Assembly (NCBI RefSeq): GCF_016745425.1
Contig: NZ_JAERVK010000004.1
Coordinates: 221,721-245,720, forward strand
DNA: 24,000 nt
Direction of reading: 5' to 3'
Source of the DNA: Candidatus Methylomicrobium oryzae
Lineage (GTDB): Bacteria; Pseudomonadota; Gammaproteobacteria; Methylococcales; Methylomonadaceae
The translations under genes were made by a program, and so were the position numbers. The notes beneath the pieces are model-generated. The model was not told the DNA's origin, made no database searches, and saw nothing but the letters and a program-made list of their open reading frames with translations. This document shows, piece by piece, positions 17,407 through 24,000 of this stretch (its first letter is position 1; each line of letters begins with the position of its first letter).

Positions 17407-18023
17407 GCTCTGTTTACTCCGTACAAACGTAATTCACACTCAAACAAATAATCGAGGGCCTCAAGATGCCGTAAGGTTTCGGCAACCGAATCGCCCCAGG
17501 TATAAAATCCGTGCCCGGCAATCACGTAACCGTAACAGTCCCGACGCCGGTCCAGATAGCGTTCGACTTCGGCGGCAAGGCGCGGAATATCCTGGTCATT
17601 GGCAAAGACCGGTATGACCAGACGGGCTTCGTGAGTGGCAATCCCCTTGAACGCCTTCAGCAGTTCATAATTTTCAAGCGCGATTTCGTTCTTGAAAATT
17701 CTGGAAACCAGCACCGAATGAATCGTATGCGGATGCAATACGCAATTGACGGCGGGAAAACGCTTATAGAGGGAAGTATGCAGTAAGGTCTCCGCGGACG
17801 GTTTTTTATCGTCGAGCGGATTGGCATCCGCGTCGATCAGCATGATATCCTCGATTTGCAGACGGCCTTTGTGTTTACCCGAAACGGTGATCGCAATCGT
17901 GCCGTCCGGCAGTCGAACCGAAAAATTGCCGCTGGTTGCCGGAACCCAGCCTTTACCGTCGATAAATCGCCCCGCTTCGCAAAGATCGGCGGCGGCGTTT
18001 AAAAATGCTTCGCTGTATTTCAT
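17403..18023 (-). CDS. mtnB: methylthioribulose-1-phosphate dehydratase
   Basis: 206 aa class II aldolase fold with GWVPATSGNFSVR, KPSAETLLH, VLHPHT and GHGFYTWG. Confidence 0.9.
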   Translation of the reverse strand: MKYSEAFLNAAADLCEAGRFIDGKGWVPATSGNFSVRLPDGTIAITVSGKHKGRLQIEDIMLIDADANPLDDKKPSAETLLHTSLYKRFPAVNCVLHPHTIHSVLVSRIFKNEIALENYELLKAFKGIATHEARLVIPVFANDQDIPRLAAEVERYLDRRRDCYGYVIAGHGFYTWGDSVAETLRHLEALDYLFECELRLYGVNRA

Positions 18024-18191
18024 GGGATCATGATAAAAAATGCCTGTCGGCGAATCCGATAAGATTATAAGTTGAGATCGTTAAAGAATGTAAACTTAAT
18101 AGCGTAAAATAGCCACGTCGGCAGACTTGCAGCCTTTTCTCTACGGCCAGGTTCTTTCCCATACTTGTCTCATCATCCCACTGAAGCTTCG

Positions 18192-19324
18192 ATGCGCAAA
18201 AAAACGCTGACCACTTTGGCAATCCTCGCCATCGCCTTCGCACTAACGGTTTATTATAAACGTCCCAAGCCGGTGGAGGTGGAAATCGTCAGCATTGAAG
18301 AGGGGGAGGTCCGGTCCACCGTCTCGAATACTCGCGTCGGCACCGTCAAAGCCTGCCGGCGCGCTTACCTGGCGCCGGCTGCCGGCGGCCAGGTTGCCCA
18401 ACTGAATGTCAAGGAAGGCGATAAAGTCCGGAAAAACGAGTTATTGATGGAAGTCTGGAATCACGATCTTAAGGCGCAACTCGCACTGCAGGAAGCGCAA
18501 ATACGCGCAAACCATGCCGCCGCCGAACAGGCCTGCCAGTTGAAAGGCGGCGCAATCCGTGAAGCCGAGCGCATCTCCCGCCTGCAAAAGTATAACCACA
18601 TCGTTTCGGAAGAGCAGGTCGACACGAAAGTCACCAACGCCAAAGCACAAAGCGCCGCCTGCCTTTCGGCCAAAGCAGCCGTCGATGTCAGCCAGGCCAG
18701 CCGGGACGCGGCCAAGGCCGCCATCGAGCGAACCTATGTCGAGGCCCCGTTCGACGGCACGGTCGCCGAAATCAACGTCGAACTCGGCGAATACGTGACG
18801 CCTTCGCCGCCCGGCATTCCTACCCTCCCCGCCATCGATCTGCTCGACATCAGCTGCCTGTACGTATCCGCGCCGATCGACGAAGTCGATGCTCCACAGA
18901 TTAAGACCGGCATGACGGCCTATGTATCGCTGGATGCCTTTCCCGGCAGGCGCTCGCTAGGCACCGTCTCGCGCATCGCACCCTATGTGCTGGAAAAGGA
19001 AAAACAGGCGCGCACTGTCGAAGTTGAGGTCAAGCTGACCGATCCGAAAGACCTGCAGGAATTATTGCCCGGCTACAGCGCCGATATCGAAGTCCTATTG
19101 GCCGGCAAGCCGAAGGCGTTGCGCATACCCGCCGAAGCGGTGATCGAAAATCATAAAGTCCTTTTGCTGAATGAAGACGGCGTGCTAGAAGAACGCACGT
19201 TCAAACCCGGCCTCGCCAACTGGAATTATGTCGAGGTGCTGGCAGGATTGCAGCACGGCGACAAGGTCGTGCTGTCAGTTGGCCAGGAGGGCGTAACCGC
19301 AGGCGCGCGGGCGCAGGCGAAACC

Positions 19325-19328
<4 letters not shown>
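18192..19328 (+). CDS. periplasmic adaptor subunit (HlyD/MacA-type membrane fusion protein)
   Basis: N-terminal anchor MRKKTLTTLAILAIAFAL, lipoyl-like halves (GGQVAQLNVKEGDKVRKNELL and APFDGTVAEINVELGEYV), and a coiled-coil hairpin between them. The ATG at 18192 is preferred over the TTG at 18165. Confidence 0.85.
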
Positions 19329-19984
<656 letters not shown>

Positions 19985-20099
19985 TCAAATAAAAGTCCAG
20001 TACTTCTATTGACATATTAGCGTAAGGCAGAAAATAAATTTGCCGCTTGCCGACCCTTAATTACTCGGTACAAGTAATACGTATAAAATTTCCGCCCTT

Positions 20100-23000
20100 T
20101 TATCGGGCTTCAAATCTTCCAAACTTTAACAACATCCCCGGCAATAACAACAAGTTCAGCACGGTCGATGACACCAGCCCGCCAATGATGATCGCCGCCA
20201 TCGGCCCCATGATTTCGCGGCCGGGATTATCGCTGTTGAAGGCGATCGGGAACATCGCCAGCGCGGTCACCAGTGCGGTCATCAAAATCGAAGGCAACCG
20301 CTCCTGTGCGCCCAGCACGGCCGAGTCGAAGTTCCAGGCTTTTTTCTCGATCTCGATCAGCTGCCGGTAGTGCGAAATCAGCATGATGCTGTTGCGGACG
20401 GTGATCCCGAACAGGGTCACGAAGCCGACCACCGAGCCGACCGACAGCGTCGCGCCGGTAATCAGCACGGCCGCGATTCCGCCGATCAGCGCGAACGGCA
20501 GATTGCATAAGGTCAATAGGACATGCCGGAGGCTGCCGATCGCCAAATAGATGAAAATCAGCACACCCATGCCGGCCAATGCCGAGTGTACGATCAAATC
20601 CTCGCGCGCCTTCGCCTGCTCGACCGCCGAGCCGGCGAATTCGATATAGCTGTCGCCGGTTTCGGGCAGGTCTTTCGCAATCCGGGCTTTAAGGTCGGCC
20701 ATGAAGGCATCCAGATCCCTATCCTGCACGTTGCAGGTGACCGTCTGCCGCCGCTGTGCGCCCTCGTGCAGAACATTGTACCGGGTCAGCCCGTAGCGTA
20801 TATCCGCGACCTGTGCCAATGTGATCAGCTTGCCGTCCAGCGTCCGAATCGGCAATTCCGCGAGCGCTTCGGACCGCTCGCGCAGCCCCGGGGAAAGGGC
20901 CACCGCAATGTTGAAAATCCGGTTGCCTTCGAGCTTGCGGCCGGTGATCTGGGTTTCATAGGCAATCCTTAACGTATCGAGCACGATCTTCGGCGTGACG
21001 CCCCAGAGGGTGAGTCGATCAAGATTCATCTCGACCCGGATCTGCGGCGCGCCGGGCGGCGAACGCACCTGCACGTCGGCGGCGCCTTCGATCTCCTGCA
21101 GCAAGGCGGCCAGCCGACTGGCCTTTTCGTCGAGCCCGTTCAGGTCGTTGCCGTAGATATTCACCGCGACCGGCGCGGTGTAGCCGGAAATCGTCTCGTC
21201 GATCCGCTCGGTCAGGAAAGTATTCGCCTCATACGAAATACCAGGAAATTCGTCCAGGGCCCCGCGGATGCGTTCCAGTACCTCGCCTTGTTCGGAGCCG
21301 GACATCGGTTTCAGACGAACTTCATACTCGCTGTAATGGCTGCCGTAGGTATCGGCGCCGCGCTCGGCGCGCCCCGCCCACTGCGACATCGATTCGACGC
21401 CGGGGATCTGCAGGATTTGCCGAGTCAACTGCGTGCCGATCCGGATCGATTCCTGCAAGGACGTACCCGGCAGACTGCTGGTATGCACGATGAAGTGGCC
21501 TTCGCGCAGTTCCGGCAGAAATTGGCTTTTCAGCATCGTGAAGGCCAAAAAGCCCGTCAGGCAGATTCCCAGTCCGCAGCCGATCACCCAATTGAAGCGG
21601 CGGTAGATCGCGCGAAGCAACGCCTGATACCAGGGCTTCAGACGCCTGATCAGCGGCGGGTCGCCCATCATTTCGGACAACCCGCCGAGCAGCAGATAAC
21701 AGAGCGCCGGCGTCAGCGTCAACGCGACCAAGAGCGAGGCCAGAATCGCCAGGATATAGGAATAACCGAGCGGCGCGAACAGGCGCCCGGCCACCCCCGG
21801 CAAGGTCAACAGCGGCACGAATACCAGCGCCACGATGAAACTTGCATAGACCACCGAGCCGCGTACTTCCAGCGAAGCACTATAAACGATCTCGGCCGCC
21901 TGCTTCGGCTCGGGCGACAGGCGGTTTTCGCGCAGGCGGCGGAAAATGTTTTCGGTGTCGATGATCGCGTCGTCGACCACTTCGCCGAGCGCGATCGCGA
22001 GCCCGCCGAGCACCATGATGTTCAAGTTCACACCCGCTTCGAGCAGTACGATCACCGCGCCGACCAGCGACACCGGAATCGCCAGCGCCGAAATGAAGGC
22101 GGTGCGGAAATTGTACAGAAACAGGTAAAGAATCAGCACCACGAACAGCCCGCCGACCAACAGATGGCCTGACAGGTTCGAAACCGAGCGTTCGATATAA
22201 TCGGCTGGCCGGAACAGATGCGGATAAAAAGTGAGCCCCTGTTGTTTGAACAGGCGGCCGAATTCGGTCAGGACCTGCTCGACCTGCCGGGACACCGACA
22301 GCGTGTTCGCGCCGTATTGTCCGATCACCATCATCACGATGCCAGCCTTGCCTCCGATCTGCGCCGCGCCAATCGGCGGCTCCGGCGCATAAGTGATCGT
22401 CGCCGCATCGCCGAGGGTGACGTTCATGCCCTTGTCGCGTTTCACGATGATTTTCGCGAGCTGCTCCGGCGTGGCGGCGCTCCCCGCCGTCTGCAGGGTG
22501 AAACGCTGGTTCCGGTTTTCGATGAAGCCGCCGCCCTGGATCACCCCCGCCTGGGAAGCCGCCAACGTGATGTCTTCGAGCGCGAGATGGAATTTGCGCA
22601 GCCGGAGCGGATCAACCTGAACCTGCAATTGCTTGACGTCGCCGCCGAACACATTCACGTCCGCGACGCCGGGCACCGCGAGCAAGCGCGGCACGATCGT
22701 CCAGTCGACCAGACTGCGGAGCGCCATCAGGTCCTTACTGTCCGACGTCAGGCCCAGCGTCAGCACGGTCGCCGAGGACGACGACAGCGGCACCGCGACC
22801 GGAATCACGCCGGACGGCAACCGGGAAGGCAATTCGGCCAGACGTTCCCCAACCAGCTGCCGGTTGCGGTAGATGTCGGTCTCTTCGGCGAAATTGACCG
22901 TCACGATCGATAAGCCCTGGATCGACTCGGAACGAACCGTTTCGAGCCCGATCAGGCCGCTGACCGCCATCTCGATCGGCTGCGTGACTAGGATTTCGAC

Positions 23001-23180
23001 CTGTTCGGCCGACAGGCCCGGCGCTTCGGTTTGAATGATGACCCGCTTCGGCGAAAATTCGGGAAAGATGTCGAGCCCGGCGGTCGCAAAGCGGTAGCCG
23101 CCGTAGCCAAGGAGCATCACGGCAATCGCAAGCACGACGCCGTGAAAACGGATCGAAAAGCGGACGAGCGCTGCCAGCAT
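20100..23180 (-). CDS. RND-family efflux transporter permease subunit (subfamily uncertain, CusA/CzcA-like N-terminus)
   Basis: 1026 aa with a 12-TM, two-large-loop architecture. Contains FPEFSPKRVIIQTEAPGLSAEQVE and the TM4 proton-relay region ALGEVVDDAIIDTENIFRRL. Confidence 0.9.
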   Translation of the reverse strand: MLAALVRFSIRFHGVVLAIAVMLLGYGGYRFATAGLDIFPEFSPKRVIIQTEAPGLSAEQVEILVTQPIEMAVSGLIGLETVRSESIQGLSIVTVNFAEETDIYRNRQLVGERLAELPSRLPSGVIPVAVPLSSSSATVLTLGLTSDSKDLMALRSLVDWTIVPRLLAVPGVADVNVFGGDVKQLQVQVDPLRLRKFHLALEDITLAASQAGVIQGGGFIENRNQRFTLQTAGSAATPEQLAKIIVKRDKGMNVTLGDAATITYAPEPPIGAAQIGGKAGIVMMVIGQYGANTLSVSRQVEQVLTEFGRLFKQQGLTFYPHLFRPADYIERSVSNLSGHLLVGGLFVVLILYLFLYNFRTAFISALAIPVSLVGAVIVLLEAGVNLNIMVLGGLAIALGEVVDDAIIDTENIFRRLRENRLSPEPKQAAEIVYSASLEVRGSVVYASFIVALVFVPLLTLPGVAGRLFAPLGYSYILAILASLLVALTLTPALCYLLLGGLSEMMGDPPLIRRLKPWYQALLRAIYRRFNWVIGCGLGICLTGFLAFTMLKSQFLPELREGHFIVHTSSLPGTSLQESIRIGTQLTRQILQIPGVESMSQWAGRAERGADTYGSHYSEYEVRLKPMSGSEQGEVLERIRGALDEFPGISYEANTFLTERIDETISGYTAPVAVNIYGNDLNGLDEKASRLAALLQEIEGAADVQVRSPPGAPQIRVEMNLDRLTLWGVTPKIVLDTLRIAYETQITGRKLEGNRIFNIAVALSPGLRERSEALAELPIRTLDGKLITLAQVADIRYGLTRYNVLHEGAQRRQTVTCNVQDRDLDAFMADLKARIAKDLPETGDSYIEFAGSAVEQAKAREDLIVHSALAGMGVLIFIYLAIGSLRHVLLTLCNLPFALIGGIAAVLITGATLSVGSVVGFVTLFGITVRNSIMLISHYRQLIEIEKKAWNFDSAVLGAQERLPSILMTALVTALAMFPIAFNSDNPGREIMGPMAAIIIGGLVSSTVLNLLLLPGMLLKFGRFEAR

Positions 23181-23215
23181 GCGTTATCCGCCCTGCTTAA
23201 TGATTGTGATCGCGC

Positions 23216-23878
23216 CTAAACCGGCGCGTTTGCGGAGGCTTTGTTACGGAAATTCTTCCAGACCTGGTGCACGATCGGCAGCAGCGAAATCGCGACGATG
23301 CTTAAAATCACCAGTTCGAAATTCTTCTGCACGATTTCCAGATTGCCGAACTGGTAACCCAGCGTTGTTAGGCCGCCGACCCAGAGCATCGCGCCGCCGA
23401 TGCAAAAGCCGATATAACGCGCATAGCGCATATTGCCGGCGCCTGCCACGAACGGCGCCACGGTCCGGATCAGCGGCACAAAGCGCGCGATGATCACGGT
23501 GCGACCGCCGTATTGGTCGTAGTAGGCTTCGGTCCGCTCGATATATTCACGCTTGAAGAAACCGATTTTTTCCCGCGCCTTGATTCTTTTACCGAGAAAC
23601 CGGCCCACTACGTAATTCACGTTGTCGCCGGTCAACGCGGCCGCGATCAACAGCGCGATCAGCACGTAAATGTCCAGCTGACCGGTGCTGGCGGTCAGCG
23701 CGCCGGCCGCGAACAGCAGCGAGTCGCCCGGCAGCCAGGGCATCACGACCAGACCGGTTTCGCAGAATACGATCAGGAACAGAATCGTATAGGTCAGCGT
23801 CCCGTATCGGGCGAAAATGTCGGCCAGATGCGCATTGATGTGCAGGAAGAAATCGAGAACGTGGGTCAATATGTCCAT
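23216..23878 (-). CDS. DedA-family (VTT domain) inner-membrane protein
   Basis: 220 aa with FLIVFCETGLVVMPWLPGDSLLFAAGAL and VIIARFVPLIRTVAPFVAGAGNM, typical of DedA/YqjA/YghB. Ends 35 nt upstream of the RND start. Confidence 0.85.
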   Translation of the reverse strand: MDILTHVLDFFLHINAHLADIFARYGTLTYTILFLIVFCETGLVVMPWLPGDSLLFAAGALTASTGQLDIYVLIALLIAAALTGDNVNYVVGRFLGKRIKAREKIGFFKREYIERTEAYYDQYGGRTVIIARFVPLIRTVAPFVAGAGNMRYARYIGFCIGGAMLWVGGLTTLGYQFGNLEIVQKNFELVILSIVAISLLPIVHQVWKNFRNKASANAPV

Positions 23879-24000
23879 AAGTATGAGAATCGCGTAGTAA
23901 ATGCAAACAGTTCGGGTGCCGAACGCTCGACTTCGAAAAAAAGTGTATTGATGAAGCTAGAACACATTATATAGAATAACCCGCCCGCACCCGAATCCAT

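Noticed and set aside
21288-22172. 294-aa plus-strand ORF antisense to the RND pump (also 22218-22913 and 20523-20972)
   Set aside because: It has an R/Q/D/H-rich composition and no motifs, and it is embedded in a strongly supported RND gene.
23966-23971. TATAAT hexamer (minus strand) upstream of dedA as a promoter
   Set aside because: No acceptable -35 lies at 16-18 nt spacing. A single hexamer in A/T-rich DNA is not sufficient evidence.

Overview
The window looks like chromosomal DNA from a gammaproteobacterial, Methylococcus-like methanotroph. This is inferred from a complete pmoC-pmoA-pmoB operon on the minus strand; no database search was possible. The rest is mostly housekeeping. It includes a soluble multi-PAS hybrid histidine kinase with a REC-EAL response regulator, moeB, and groES-groEL behind a perfect CIRCE operator. 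It also includes a YgjP-like metallopeptidase, a CPBP protease, ycgL, dcd, and an mtnB-mtnD-mtnC methionine-salvage cluster. At the 3' end are an adaptor plus ABC-ATPase pair with no permease, convergent with a dedA-RND pair with no adaptor. The least explained feature is a 524-bp composite palindromic repeat locus at 524-1047. It has a perfect 90-bp inverted repeat enclosing two families of 48-bp tandem repeats, and no transposase, recombinase, reverse transcriptase or cas gene lies within the window. I cannot tell from sequence alone whether it is a MITE-like element, an invertible segment, a structured RNA or an assembly foldback. Between groEL and pmoB lies a decay zone with a multiply frameshifted LapG-like cysteine-peptidase pseudogene and an IS630-like transposase remnant. 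I found no tRNA, rRNA or CRISPR array. All alignments and coordinates were derived by hand from the sequence.
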